DNA of 64,000 nucleotides, taken from a virus. The first letter of the stretch is position 1. Every line of letters begins with the position of its first letter. This document shows, one piece after another, positions 19,536-29,373 of this stretch. The notes below the pieces were generated by a model. That model worked only from the letters and a program-made list of their open reading frames with translations. It had not been told where the DNA came from and ran no database searches. The DNA is taken from positions 25,474-89,473 of IMG/VR virus record IMGVR_UViG_3300009011_000012; one strand, written 5' to 3'. The position numbers were made by a program, and so were the translations under genes.

Positions 19536-20168
19536 CTACGCCTTCTTGAAGCTAAAGCTTTTGGCCAAGGCTGAAAAAACACCCTTAACCTTGAAATTCA
19601 GGTCTCCACCAGCTTCGATGTCTACATTCCCCCCAGCAACTACTTTCGCGTCGCCGCCCACGTGAATAAATAATCCAGCGGGGCCGATAATGTATGGCAC
19701 ACCGTCTTCACTCATGCCGATACGGCTACCAGCTGCAGTGTTAGCGATCTCGTAACCTCCACCAGCTGATCGCAGTTCCAGAATGTTGTTGCGGTGGATA
19801 ACAAAATCCGCAGTGGAAGAGAGGGCAGGGCGGCTGGGGGAGCCTTCGATCTCTTCAGGCGTCCAGGGAGTCCCTTGGCCTGAAGCTTCTGCAGCCACAT
19901 TAGGGACGCCGCCCGGGGCGTCCTGCGCAGCGCCTACAATGAGCGGGCGACGAGTATCCATCTGGCCATTTGCATCGGTGTATGGAAACTCAACCCAAAC
20001 AGCATCGCCCGCCAGGGTAGGTACAAAGGCATTTCCGATTGGCAACTGGTATTCGGCCCAGGGGAGATCACTTTCGTCCACCCCGTTCCAGTCAGGCAAC
20101 ACGCGAACTTGCGCGCGCATCAGACCGCCAGGGTGCTTCGTGCCAACGATAACGGCGCGGCGTTTCAT
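19536..20168 (-). CDS. Baseplate spike (gp5-like)
   Basis: OB-fold RAQVRV...LPWA...GDAVWVEF; beta-helix repeats at the C-terminus. Confidence 0.8.
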   Translation of the reverse strand: MKRRAVIVGTKHPGGLMRAQVRVLPDWNGVDESDLPWAEYQLPIGNAFVPTLAGDAVWVEFPYTDANGQMDTRRPLIVGAAQDAPGGVPNVAAEASGQGTPWTPEEIEGSPSRPALSSTADFVIHRNNILELRSAGGGYEIANTAAGSRIGMSEDGVPYIIGPAGLFIHVGGDAKVVAGGNVDIEAGGDLNFKVKGVFSALAKSFSFKKA

Positions 20169-21145
20169 TGATTTGGTACTCCTAAAATCATGCGCGTGGT
20201 GTACCCCACGCGGTCCTCAAAGTGCGCTACGTTTTTGACGATCATTTTCTGGGGTAGTGATTCATTCAGCTGGTTTTCTTCGTCATAGCGATGAATAAGG
20301 ATTTCAATGAGCATGCCAGGCCGAATAGCAGGATTCCCCTGTACCTCTATATCCAACTTTGGTACGAGCGTGAGCTGCATGTTTCTTAGCGTTTCCATAT
20401 CAGCGTCAGAGATGTAGCGTACCGGCAGCGACGGATCTCCCGACTCGATATACCCATCTGTCATTGAATACCCGACGAACCGGTATTCCTTGTTGGCGGT
20501 TGCTGCATGATCCTGGTTGATAAAGCTTATCTTCGATATCGTACGTTCTGCTTTTGGGTTATTAGCCTCATAAGTGAACGCTGGTTTCTGCTTCATCAGG
20601 TCCGCGAGGGATGAGAAGAAGAATTCCCCCCGGCACGTCCAACATAATGAACCTTTATCACGGGCCATCTCTGCCAGCATCTTAGATGGCTTTTGACCGG
20701 CATTAAGATGGTACGTAACAGAGCGCTTTTGCGTGCCGGTCGCCAGTTTCAACGCACCTATGTAGCTTTTGAAGATTTCGTTCGGTGTTTTGTTCGTATG
20801 CAGATTAGTGCGAGGGGAAGGAATCTTAAATCGCCGGACGTCTTCGCTCACCGCTATTATCGTCACAATGTCAGATGATTGGGTTGCAGAAGTAATGAAA
20901 AACGCGGTCTTAAAAGCAGTTTCCTCACCCTGTGGATCACCCATTTCAGCGATTAATGCTGCTCCGTATTTCGCTTTCCAGTCATCAACAACGGTACCAG
21001 TAGCATCACGCACTTCGATTTTCAGCAGAGGGGCTTTGAGGCTTGCTTTCTCGACATATACGGTTGCAACAATCCACTCACGCGGTACCTTGTTGTCGTT
21101 GATCATGACGGATTGCAGAAACAGTTGGTGGAGTTCTTGCGCCAT
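20165..21145 (-). CDS. Baseplate hub (gp6-like)
   Basis: GNPAIRPG hub motif; 7-24-6-5 synteny. Confidence 0.75.
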   Translation of the reverse strand: MAQELHQLFLQSVMINDNKVPREWIVATVYVEKASLKAPLLKIEVRDATGTVVDDWKAKYGAALIAEMGDPQGEETAFKTAFFITSATQSSDIVTIIAVSEDVRRFKIPSPRTNLHTNKTPNEIFKSYIGALKLATGTQKRSVTYHLNAGQKPSKMLAEMARDKGSLCWTCRGEFFFSSLADLMKQKPAFTYEANNPKAERTISKISFINQDHAATANKEYRFVGYSMTDGYIESGDPSLPVRYISDADMETLRNMQLTLVPKLDIEVQGNPAIRPGMLIEILIHRYDEENQLNESLPQKMIVKNVAHFEDRVGYTTRMILGVPNQ

Positions 21146-21148
21146 GAT

Positions 21149-21916
21149 TTACCCCACTGCCAGCGTCGTTTCTGTCACTACCCGGGTGGCATCTAATTCA
21201 AAGGCGGTAATGACATCAGCCAGCACTGAGATTGGTGCTTGAGCAGCGTAAATACGTTCTTCGGCCAGCGGAGCAGAGACATCAGAGAATCCTATTTCTT
21301 TTGCGTCTTGCAAAGAACAGATCAGCGGTACTGGCACGCGGACAAGCTTTGTATTGGCTTCGAACTGAGTAGACATTAATAGTCGAATGCTTGCGCCCAG
21401 GGAGTTACACATCAGCCCTAGAGTGTCTTTATCGGTGGCCATGATAGTGACGTCATAGGTGATGATCGCCTGCATGAATTCCAGGCTGGCCAGTGGCCTG
21501 CCATCATCGGGATCGCTAAATGATGAACCGATACGGCGATCTACCTGCTGATCGGTGTTGTCATAGTTGATATCCATCGAGCGAGAGATATTGATGAGCG
21601 GTAACGCGTCCCGGTTTAACTGCAGATCATCAGGCTTTCTCCCTTGCCCTGCATTAGCACGGCGGATAGCTTTAAGGCATTCTATTACGCTATCGAAGCG
21701 GCCCACGTAAATCCGTTCCGCAGCTGGGCGTGATAGGAATGACTGAAAACGTTTTTCAACCGGGCGTGGTTCCACCAGCAGCACATTATCGAATACTTTG
21801 CTGATCAGAGTGGCCAGAGCATCGTCTACCGCGTCAAATCCCGTGGTCTGCTGCTTACCTGTTTTGCTGACCTTCCACTCACCGGTTCTGGATAGGAGCT
21901 TGCTGTTATCACTCAT
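21149..21916 (-). CDS. Tail terminator (gp24-like)
   Basis: LPLINISR motif; synteny; ATGA overlap with the upstream gene. Confidence 0.7.
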   Translation of the reverse strand: MSDNSKLLSRTGEWKVSKTGKQQTTGFDAVDDALATLISKVFDNVLLVEPRPVEKRFQSFLSRPAAERIYVGRFDSVIECLKAIRRANAGQGRKPDDLQLNRDALPLINISRSMDINYDNTDQQVDRRIGSSFSDPDDGRPLASLEFMQAIITYDVTIMATDKDTLGLMCNSLGASIRLLMSTQFEANTKLVRVPVPLICSLQDAKEIGFSDVSAPLAEERIYAAQAPISVLADVITAFELDATRVVTETTLAVG

Positions 21917-22707
21917 TGGACGTGACCCCCATTCGTGCTGTCGAAATTGCGGGCCGGGATACAGTAATACAGCGATCCTACGTGCTGAGTTCCATAGCTG
22001 AAGATACGATGCACATACCACCAGCGCCGGGCGGTACCGTTAGCCATTTCCTCATTCCATTCCAGAATGGAGCCTACGGGCACGTTATTAGCTGCTATAC
22101 GCAACACCAGAACGTCATCCGTTAATCCGTCCTGTTCACCATCACCATCAACTGCGCGGAAAGACTCGCGTCCATCCGGGTTATCCAGCACGTACACGAT
22201 GTCAGGTTCCTGGTATGTCAGCGGCCGTTGGTTATTGTCGATTTCGGTGAAGGACTCCGTGCCGCTTTCGTCGTCTATAACGCCATACGTCCCAACATCA
22301 GGGCGATAAATAAGCGCCTGGAATGAGTCAGGACTGCTTTCAATAACCAGCATCCAGTCTGCACGGATCTGATCATTAAACTGCTTGTGACCATTGAATC
22401 GGGTCTTGAGTTTGGTATTTTGCTCACGAGCTGCCAGAGAAGCGGGAAGAGATGCTACATCAGGCTCATTGTCATCTGTTTCGCCATAACCACCAGCGAG
22501 ATCACCATTATCATCAGGAGCAACACCCATGGAGGAGGTGGACGCTTCCAGGTTGCTGAACGAGATGGAGTGCTCAGGCTTTGCTTCTGAGACACTTCCC
22601 GTATTTTCTTCTGTCGGCGTTGTCGTTTCTGCCTGGGTGCTGTCATTTGCTGGTTCCTCCTGCTTCTGGCTTAACTCGTCGGTTAGCCACGCATCAAAAC
22701 GGCCCAT
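21913..22707 (-). CDS. Head closure/neck protein (gp7-like)
   Basis: Acidic N-terminus, GSILEW...YYCIP; synteny. Confidence 0.7.
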   Translation of the reverse strand: MGRFDAWLTDELSQKQEEPANDSTQAETTTPTEENTGSVSEAKPEHSISFSNLEASTSSMGVAPDDNGDLAGGYGETDDNEPDVASLPASLAAREQNTKLKTRFNGHKQFNDQIRADWMLVIESSPDSFQALIYRPDVGTYGVIDDESGTESFTEIDNNQRPLTYQEPDIVYVLDNPDGRESFRAVDGDGEQDGLTDDVLVLRIAANNVPVGSILEWNEEMANGTARRWWYVHRIFSYGTQHVGSLYYCIPARNFDSTNGGHVQ

Positions 22708-22776
22708 ATGCCCTCAAGGTCCACTCTATTCAGGTTAAGTAGGGATTTTGGCGAGGTTGTGAAATGCAAAGATAGC

Positions 22777-22833
22777 GTTCACATATTGTAAACGGCAAAG
22801 GACGATGCTATGATGTTCACATAATGTAAACGG
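22777..22833. promoter_or_regulatory. Two imperfect palindromes, probable HigA operators
   Basis: GTTCACATATTGTAAACGG (22777) and GTTCACATAATGTAAACGG (22815). Confidence 0.7.
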
Positions 22834-22849
22834 ATGGAACGACCGCAAG

Positions 22850-23161
22850 ATGCACGTAATTTCAAAAGAGCCTTTTGAGGAAGCGGCAAAGCGATATCCC
22901 AACGATTCGTTAGCCATTCGGGCGCTGTACCGCTTAGTGCGCGAGACGGACTTCTCTTCTCCAGCTGAGATGAGAACTCTGATACCGAGCCTGGATAATT
23001 TTAAGTACAGGAATAAGTGGTGGGTTTTGGATGTAGGGGGCAACAACTTGAGGGTTATCGCCTATATCAATTTCGTGAATAAGCGCTTCTACGTGAAGCA
23101 CATCGCAACCCACGCTGATTACGACAAGTTGACCCGCTATTACAGGGAGAACAAAGAATGA
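22850..23161 (+). CDS. higB: Type II TA toxin HigB
   Basis: PSLDNFKY, DVGGNNLRVI, THADYD. Confidence 0.93.
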   Translation: MHVISKEPFEEAAKRYPNDSLAIRALYRLVRETDFSSPAEMRTLIPSLDNFKYRNKWWVLDVGGNNLRVIAYINFVNKRFYVKHIATHADYDKLTRYYRENKE

Positions 23162-23577
23162 TTACCGACACTGCAAAAGCCATTGAAGCAACCAAACAAC
23201 TCGTAGCGGCTGTCCCCTTCCTGGGGGGCAGTTCTTCCGAGAGCGATTACCGCGAAGCGATGGAGCTGGTGGACTACCTGATCGAGAACGATGATGAGAA
23301 CCCGCTAATAGACTTCCTGGCGAGCAAAATTGCCGACTATGAAGATAACAGCCCTCGTTTCGCTGAGTTCAACAAAGCTATCGCTGAAATGCCAGTCGGC
23401 GTTGCACTTCTGCGTACCCTGATTGACCAGCACAAGCTGTCTTATTCAGACCTTAAGGATGAGATCGGATCTAAATCACTGGTCAGCCAAATCCTGTCAG
23501 GGCAGCGCTCTTTGACTATCACTCACATAAAAGCGCTTTCCGCGCGCTTTGGTGTTAAACCTGAGTGGTTCCTATAA
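23158..23577 (+). CDS. higA: Type II TA antitoxin HigA
   Basis: IGSKSLVSQILSGQRSLT HTH; toxin-first order. Confidence 0.93.
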   Translation: MITDTAKAIEATKQLVAAVPFLGGSSSESDYREAMELVDYLIENDDENPLIDFLASKIADYEDNSPRFAEFNKAIAEMPVGVALLRTLIDQHKLSYSDLKDEIGSKSLVSQILSGQRSLTITHIKALSARFGVKPEWFL

Positions 23578-23646
23578 CCGAAAGATATAACTAAATCACC
23601 TGATGGTGATTTAGTTATGGTTAATTTCATTTGTAAGGAAGCTTCC

Positions 23647-24384
23647 ATGTCAGACGAAGTAGCAAAGCCAGGGAATGAAGAGGCTCTTAGTCCAAACCAG
23701 TCTCTGTCAGAGGCAATAAAAGATAAAATTTTCAATAAAATATATTTTTATATTCTAGTTTCTTTCCTGTTGGTAAACTGGCAGGAGATATTAATTCTCT
23801 TCAAATCAGGTGAAGATATTCTTTATACATTGTCTATTATCTTCACAAGCCAAATGTGGTTCGGCTACATGCTTTCGCCTTGGTTTGCACATTTCGGCTT
23901 GCCAATCCTATTTGGCATCCTTGCATCAGCTTTAACTCCTTTTGTAACATATTGGATTTCAAGGGTTACAGCAAAAAGGTTTGCTAAAATTAGGCGCGCA
24001 GATAGAAAAGCCGATCTTGAGGTTGAAGATGAATTTCAAGACTTGCGAATCAAGCTTGTTACAAAAACAAATAAGGCGGAAAGTCTTTTAAATAGAATCA
24101 ATCTATTAGAAATGCAAAACGCCTCTATATCAGAGAAAAACATCCAACTTCAGGAGCATAGAAAACAGTTGTTTTTTGGCATTAAAGCATTGGTTGATTA
24201 TTATGAAACAAAAGGGGCGTTGAAAACTCCAGAAGATTTTGCGGAATTTCTCACGTTGGTTGAGAAAACCGATTTTTACAAAGATCAAACAATAATAGGT
24301 AGGGTAAATAAACTTCTTGAAGACATTAAGAATATTTACTTTGAAGAGCCAGAAGGTGAAATAACTACAACTGCAAACGAATAA
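23647..24384 (+). CDS. AT-rich membrane protein with coiled coil, function unknown
   Basis: Two or three hydrophobic segments, then heptad repeats; visibly AT-rich DNA. Confidence 0.75.
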   Translation: MSDEVAKPGNEEALSPNQSLSEAIKDKIFNKIYFYILVSFLLVNWQEILILFKSGEDILYTLSIIFTSQMWFGYMLSPWFAHFGLPILFGILASALTPFVTYWISRVTAKRFAKIRRADRKADLEVEDEFQDLRIKLVTKTNKAESLLNRINLLEMQNASISEKNIQLQEHRKQLFFGIKALVDYYETKGALKTPEDFAEFLTLVEKTDFYKDQTIIGRVNKLLEDIKNIYFEEPEGEITTTANE

Positions 24385-24398
24385 GAATATGTGGCGTA

Positions 24399-25598
24399 TC
24401 ATGCGCCACCTTTTTTAATATATTCCATAAACATCTTTTCCGCTTGCGTCGGTGCTGTTCCAGCCATCACTAGAGCGTCAATAAACGACTGCTTCTTCAG
24501 TGCGAACTGATCTGCTAATTGCTGCTTGAGCATCTTGTTCTTTTCTTTCTCTTTCTGCAATGCTGCCTCCTTCTCGGCGGCACGCTTTTTCTGAGTATCA
24601 GAGAGTTTTCTGGCTTTGGTGAGCTGCGTCCGGAGCTGTTCTATCTTCCCAGAGCCCTTAGCAAGCTTCGAGCTCAGCGCGGCCTGGCGCTTTTGGTAGA
24701 TATCCCACTCGCGCTTAGCCGCGGCAACGTTCGTTTTGGCGTTACGGTTACGGCTAAATTCTTTCTCATCTGTTTTGCTGAAGTGCTGTGTGGTGCGGCG
24801 CTTATCATCGCCAAAGGCAATCTGTGTCGCCGCTTTCTGCATGGCACGGGCAATACTCAGTTGCCAGCTGGACGACTGCAACCGCGTGAGGGAGTGGATA
24901 ACATGCTTACACGCTACACCCTGTAACTTGGGGTTTTTAATTTTGGGGTAGGCGTACTCTTTCGGCGGTGCCAGCGCGAAATTACCCGCCGTGGCAATAT
25001 AGCGATACCAATATTGGTGACGGCCGCAATCGCAGTCGAACGACACTCGACCAGCGCAAAGAGCCTTCGTAACCTTGATCCCGGCCTTCTCGTCTTCTGC
25101 GATGTCCTCCACCAGCTGATCCCATTCCTCAAAACGGAACTTGACCAAGTGGTGCTGGTGGGCCGATTTATCAGAAGCCTCAACGCGGATATTGATCATA
25201 TTGTGCTTGAGAGACAGCGGAACCGCACGCTTAATGCCTGAGCCGTCGTCTACAGCGTTATTGGCACGCTTAATATCTATGGCCTGGCTGGAAGCCACCA
25301 GCTGCGCATAAGTGATACCAGCGGTTTTATTATCGAACTTCTCCCGCGTCTTGCCACGCTGCTTTTCAAATCCCTTCAGGTCATCGAGTGTGAAAAACGT
25401 GCCTTCTTTCTTTTTCCCCAGCTTCAGGATGTCGTCAATAGACCGGTTCTTGAGCCTGCCAGGGGTTAATGTCCGATGGGCAGAGCGACGCTTGCGCGTC
25501 TGCTCCTTGCGTATCAGGTCGAATACCTTATTGAATGCCTTTGGTGATAGCCCATCAGTGATATAGCGGCCATTGTCATTTTTGAGGAATTCAGCCAT
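24399..25598 (-). CDS. gp25-like tail protein with SWIM-type Zn finger
   Basis: CDCGRHQYWYRY...ACKHV; synteny. Confidence 0.75.
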   Translation of the reverse strand: MAEFLKNDNGRYITDGLSPKAFNKVFDLIRKEQTRKRRSAHRTLTPGRLKNRSIDDILKLGKKKEGTFFTLDDLKGFEKQRGKTREKFDNKTAGITYAQLVASSQAIDIKRANNAVDDGSGIKRAVPLSLKHNMINIRVEASDKSAHQHHLVKFRFEEWDQLVEDIAEDEKAGIKVTKALCAGRVSFDCDCGRHQYWYRYIATAGNFALAPPKEYAYPKIKNPKLQGVACKHVIHSLTRLQSSSWQLSIARAMQKAATQIAFGDDKRRTTQHFSKTDEKEFSRNRNAKTNVAAAKREWDIYQKRQAALSSKLAKGSGKIEQLRTQLTKARKLSDTQKKRAAEKEAALQKEKEKNKMLKQQLADQFALKKQSFIDALVMAGTAPTQAEKMFMEYIKKGGA

Positions 25599-25920
25599 TG
25601 CTTAACTCCGGCGCGTTGCCTGCGAAGTCACGGATGCGGTTACGTATCCATGCCTGATCGGGAAGAATGAGCGTTTTACCCGCAGGCATTTCTTCCATTT
25701 CAGATTCATGACCCACTAGCACGCGGAATACCCAGCGTAGGTCTGCATTTCCATAGGCACGGTAGGCTGCCAGATCAGATCGGTATGTTTCATCAATCTT
25801 TATCGTGTACTCAAAATTGTCAGATCGACGTTGGCTGACGCGGGCAATCAGCTCCTGGTGGAGTAGGGCGCGGAGAACGTCATCTTCAACATATCGGTCA
25901 TCGAGTCGGCTATAGCTCAC
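25591..25920 (-). CDS. gp26-like baseplate wedge protein (LysM-like)
   Basis: YRSDLAAYRAYG..LRW motif. Confidence 0.75.
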   Translation of the reverse strand: MSYSRLDDRYVEDDVLRALLHQELIARVSQRRSDNFEYTIKIDETYRSDLAAYRAYGNADLRWVFRVLVGHESEMEEMPAGKTLILPDQAWIRNRIRDFAGNAPELSNG

Positions 25921-25979
25921 TTATCCCCCTGAATGCAAAAAGACCGCAGAATGCGGCCTAATTGTCAGTGGTCTGTGAT

Positions 25980-26633
25980 TTATAGGATGTACGTATCGTC
26001 ATCTATGCGTCGGCCGGCAAGTGATTTTGGCTGCGATGTGGCGGCCTTTTTCTGTTCATGGCCAATGAGGGATAAGAAGGAAGCGACCAGCCCAGGCTCT
26101 TCTTGTTCAATGGTTACACCTGTCATCTGGCTTACGTAATCCGCGCTGGCCACGTTGTGATACACGGTCGCGAAGCAGCAAAGGATCATCAGGATGTGTT
26201 CTGGACGGATATCTTGCCAGTTGACGCGATAGACCTCTTCCCCATTGCCATTAAATTCGATATCGACGATGGAATCCGGTATTTCAAATGAGCCTTTGAG
26301 TCCTTTTGGTAGCGAGAGCATGCGCTGAAGCTTCAACTCCCTGTAACGCTCCATGCCAACGATGATTGCCGCTCTTCCGTCTAAATGCCGTGTTTTAAGC
26401 GTTACCTGGCTGGCACCGGTGCCCGCTGAAACTGTGGGAGTGATTTCATCCACCAGCACCTTGAATCTTTTTTCTCTTAACTTACGTATCGCCGCAGGAA
26501 TTTTTTCTTTCTGCTCGCGCGCTGAGATAGCCAACGGCTTTACTTCGTTAATCAGCAGCGCACCTTCTTTAAACACTGCCGTCATCAGCTGTGGTTTGCT
26601 GGTGGTAAGGCTAAATATCGCGATCTGTTCCAT
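25980..26633 (-). CDS. mat: Particle maturation protein Mat
   Basis: VLVDEITP, WQDIRPEH, PKSLAG...IL match recalled P1 Mat; near ref. Confidence 0.7.
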   Translation of the reverse strand: MEQIAIFSLTTSKPQLMTAVFKEGALLINEVKPLAISAREQKEKIPAAIRKLREKRFKVLVDEITPTVSAGTGASQVTLKTRHLDGRAAIIVGMERYRELKLQRMLSLPKGLKGSFEIPDSIVDIEFNGNGEEVYRVNWQDIRPEHILMILCCFATVYHNVASADYVSQMTGVTIEQEEPGLVASFLSLIGHEQKKAATSQPKSLAGRRIDDDTYIL

Positions 26634-26951
26634 AAACTCCCCGGTATCAGATACAAAAAAAGCCGCTCTGAGGCGGCTTGTTTCGGCGCTAGGGCTCCCA
26701 ACCGCGCTTCGGCAGAAAGTTAGTCGTCAAAAGAACCCTCAACGGGAACCTTAGCGCGAATGAAGTATTGCCAGTTTGTGAAATTGATATCAAATATTTT
26801 TGTTAGAAAATTGGAATTATGTGCTTCTTGCGTTTCAGTTATTAATGCGCCAACTCACTGATATAACGAGGAATATCATTGGAGATTGATCTCTTTTTCT
26901 GCAGTTGAATTGATACTATGAAGCCTTACATACAACGATAAGGCCCTAATA

Positions 26952-27785
26952 ATGAGAATAAAACTTCTTGTTGCGCTTTCTGCATCAGTGCTTTTTGGTG
27001 CATTTTCGGCTATCTCCTTTGCGCAAGCGTTACCGGCAAACCCGCACGCCGGGAGGCTGGTTCTCAACAAAATCCCCGGCAACTATACACAGTCTCAGAT
27101 TCTGGAATTCTGTTCGTCAAATGACGTACCGTTAAAGCCGGTTGGGCCGCTGCAGGGCTCTAATGAATTCTGCGTAATGGCGTTCTCCGCTCACTTAACG
27201 GATACGGCGATCGCCGCGATCGGCTATTCCACTCAGGACACCATTTCAAAGATTGCTAAGGACTACGGTATCTCATACCAGCGCGCGGGACTGGGTGATG
27301 TCCTTCTGCCATTCAGTGGACTGGCGTCGTTCCCCGAGGGGCAGGATTTTCTTGTTAGCCAGAGCATGATGCGCACCGGCGACAGGTCATTATTTAATAA
27401 AACGCCTGCTATTGAGGGTCACGTCGCCGCTGGGGGAAGTGTTCAGGCAACTGCGAACCTGGCCGTTGAATGCGGTAAATACAGCATCAAAATATACCCT
27501 GGCGCTATCTTCCTTAACGGCAACAAAATGGACTATCCCAAGAAGCAAACTGAATCCGATGTAAGTAATTACTTCTTCCAAGAGTTCGCTGAAATGGGGG
27601 GGACCTATACGCTTTATTCTCTCGATATTCCTGCTCGGGGTGGAATGACATTATCTCACCAATGGCAAGATGCCGACGGCAATGCGTTGCGTGATGTTAA
27701 AACGGAGAAGTGTGGCACCTTCAAATCGTTCTCCGGGGAACAACCCAACAAGCAATCTACCCTAGAGCGTCAACAAGCGGGGTAA
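26952..27785 (+). CDS. Exported protein of unknown function
   Basis: Sec signal peptide ending AQA; four Cys. Confidence 0.75.
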   Translation: MRIKLLVALSASVLFGAFSAISFAQALPANPHAGRLVLNKIPGNYTQSQILEFCSSNDVPLKPVGPLQGSNEFCVMAFSAHLTDTAIAAIGYSTQDTISKIAKDYGISYQRAGLGDVLLPFSGLASFPEGQDFLVSQSMMRTGDRSLFNKTPAIEGHVAAGGSVQATANLAVECGKYSIKIYPGAIFLNGNKMDYPKKQTESDVSNYFFQEFAEMGGTYTLYSLDIPARGGMTLSHQWQDADGNALRDVKTEKCGTFKSFSGEQPNKQSTLERQQAG

Positions 27786-27837
27786 AGGGTGTTAAAAAGC
27801 CGCCTGGTGGCGGCTTGTTTCGACTGTGGGGCCAGCG

Positions 27838-28014
27838 TCAAGCGGCCTTTCTCTTTCGGGTAGGGCGCTGCGATAATTTGCAGGCATAGGCCATAACTTT
27901 CTGCTTCACTTCATTCAGCGCACCGGACACGTGATCTTTGCCAAGCGTAGCCGTCCAGTCGTAGCAGCCACCAGTGCTGTTCTTAATGTTGAACTTGAGA
28001 TATCTAACAACCAT
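27838..28014 (-). CDS. 58-aa basic protein downstream of icd (antirepressor candidate)
   Basis: Hand-translated MVVRYLKFNIKNSTGGCYDW...RKRKAA; GGAG RBS; terminator follows. Confidence 0.6.
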   Translation of the reverse strand: MVVRYLKFNIKNSTGGCYDWTATLGKDHVSGALNEVKQKVMAYACKLSQRPTRKRKAA

Positions 28015-28058
28015 CAGCTTAACTCCATATGAGCTGGTGGAGCGCCACCAGCAACAAA

Positions 28059-28244
28059 TCAGTGACGAATACAGCCCGCGAAAAAACAGATGTGAGTAGG
28101 GGCCAGCAAGCGGCGCGCTTCACGCTCAGTTTCAGCTTCGATATGAAAGGTCTGGGGCTTAATCTCTTTCTGCATGCGCGGCTGCGCGGCGAAGATCCAG
28201 GTCGGCGGACGTTTGTCCGATTGGGTATTTGCGAAGATATTCAT
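28059..28244 (-). CDS. icd: Host cell division inhibitor Icd-like
   Basis: WIFAA...IEAETEREARRLL...FFAGCI; AGGAG RBS. Confidence 0.85.
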   Translation of the reverse strand: MNIFANTQSDKRPPTWIFAAQPRMQKEIKPQTFHIEAETEREARRLLAPTHICFFAGCIRH

Positions 28245-28293
28245 TGTGGCTCCTGTTGTTCCAGAAGTCACACCTAACGTTCCAGGGCTAAGT

Positions 28294-28362
28294 GTGACAT
28301 GGTTAAGGCTGGAACACCGGGAAGCCTACAACCGGGGGCTTTCGCCTCCTTAACCACGTCAC
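28294..28362 (-). ncRNA. c4: C4/CI-type antisense immunity RNA
   Basis: 15-bp closing stem GTGACGTGGTTAAGG/CCTTAACCATGTCAC with two inner hairpins; unpaired TGTTCCAG is complementary to CTGGAAC(A) sites before the icd RBS. Confidence 0.85.
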
Positions 28363-28483
28363 GGCGCACATGATACGCAAGTGAATGGTTATTGTCTTCC
28401 CGATGCTCCTAATTTATTGGCAAAAACTTTATCGCATTGCCAATATGCACAATGTACACACCCAATTTATTACAGTCAATATA

Positions 28484-29095
28484 TTATGTTAGAAAATTGC
28501 ATTGTTCATAAACAATAGCCAGCAATGCAGCCTCAGAAGCATTAAGGCGGGTAAACTCACTCTTGCCGCCGGTAATCCCATCTGCATGAACCGGGACGAG
28601 CCAAGGGTGTTTGTGCCTCATCTCTATTGGCGCGGCGTACTGGTGATGCCAATTGCATAGAGGGAGCACTTTCTTATGTGCGTCTGGCGCGGTACGGCCA
28701 TCAATATGGTGTAGGACAATAACTGGGCTATATACTCCGTGCAGCGCACATGCAGCACATGGAAGCTTTGCGATCGCTTCCTGGTAGCGCTTCTCCTCTG
28801 CCGTGGGCGAACGACCTTTCAGACCTCGCGAAGAAGAACGACGCGGGGACGACATAGCTTGCGTCTGAATGGACGCCTTTTCCCTGGCTTTCTCCCGTGC
28901 CTTGTGCAACTTCTCCCGACACTTATCCCTGTATTCCGGGCTGGCAATTTTCTCCCTGTGTTTCTTCAAAGCTCTATCTGCAGCGGCTCGCTTTTTTTCT
29001 TGTTGCTGTGCCAGCCAGGCAGGATCTGCAAGCTTGAGTTTCATTTTCGCGCGCTGCTTTTCTCTCTGTTTTTCCCACTGCGTTTGCTCTGCCAT
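28484..29095 (-). CDS. ref: Recombination enhancement nuclease Ref
   Basis: Basic N-terminus, GLKGRSPTAEE, CAAC, HHIDGR, LPLCNWHH. Confidence 0.92.
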   Translation of the reverse strand: MAEQTQWEKQREKQRAKMKLKLADPAWLAQQQEKKRAAADRALKKHREKIASPEYRDKCREKLHKAREKAREKASIQTQAMSSPRRSSSRGLKGRSPTAEEKRYQEAIAKLPCAACALHGVYSPVIVLHHIDGRTAPDAHKKVLPLCNWHHQYAAPIEMRHKHPWLVPVHADGITGGKSEFTRLNASEAALLAIVYEQCNFLT

Positions 29096-29220
29096 TCCTT
29101 ATCCCGGTTATCAATATCCAGACCGATATGATGGATCAGAATTTAAATATTAAAAATAGATTTTCTAACATAAAAGATAATTTGATATGATTTTAATCCG
29201 ATTCGAACAGAGGGTTAGTC

Positions 29221-29373
29221 ATGCTCATAGCAATCCATGCCTTCCTAAACAGTCTCGCAGGAGCCTCGCTGTATCAGCTGGAGTTGATCTATAGCCTGTC
29301 TGCGGTTGAGGCGTGTTTTGAGCTGTATGTATTGGTCATGGCCGCGCTCGCAATTAAAGGAAAACTACGATGA
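29221..29373 (+). CDS. 50-aa hydrophobic protein
   Basis: Hand-translated; GAGG RBS; ATGA overlap with the next gene. Confidence 0.5.
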   Translation: MLIAIHAFLNSLAGASLYQLELIYSLSAVEACFELYVLVMAALAIKGKLR

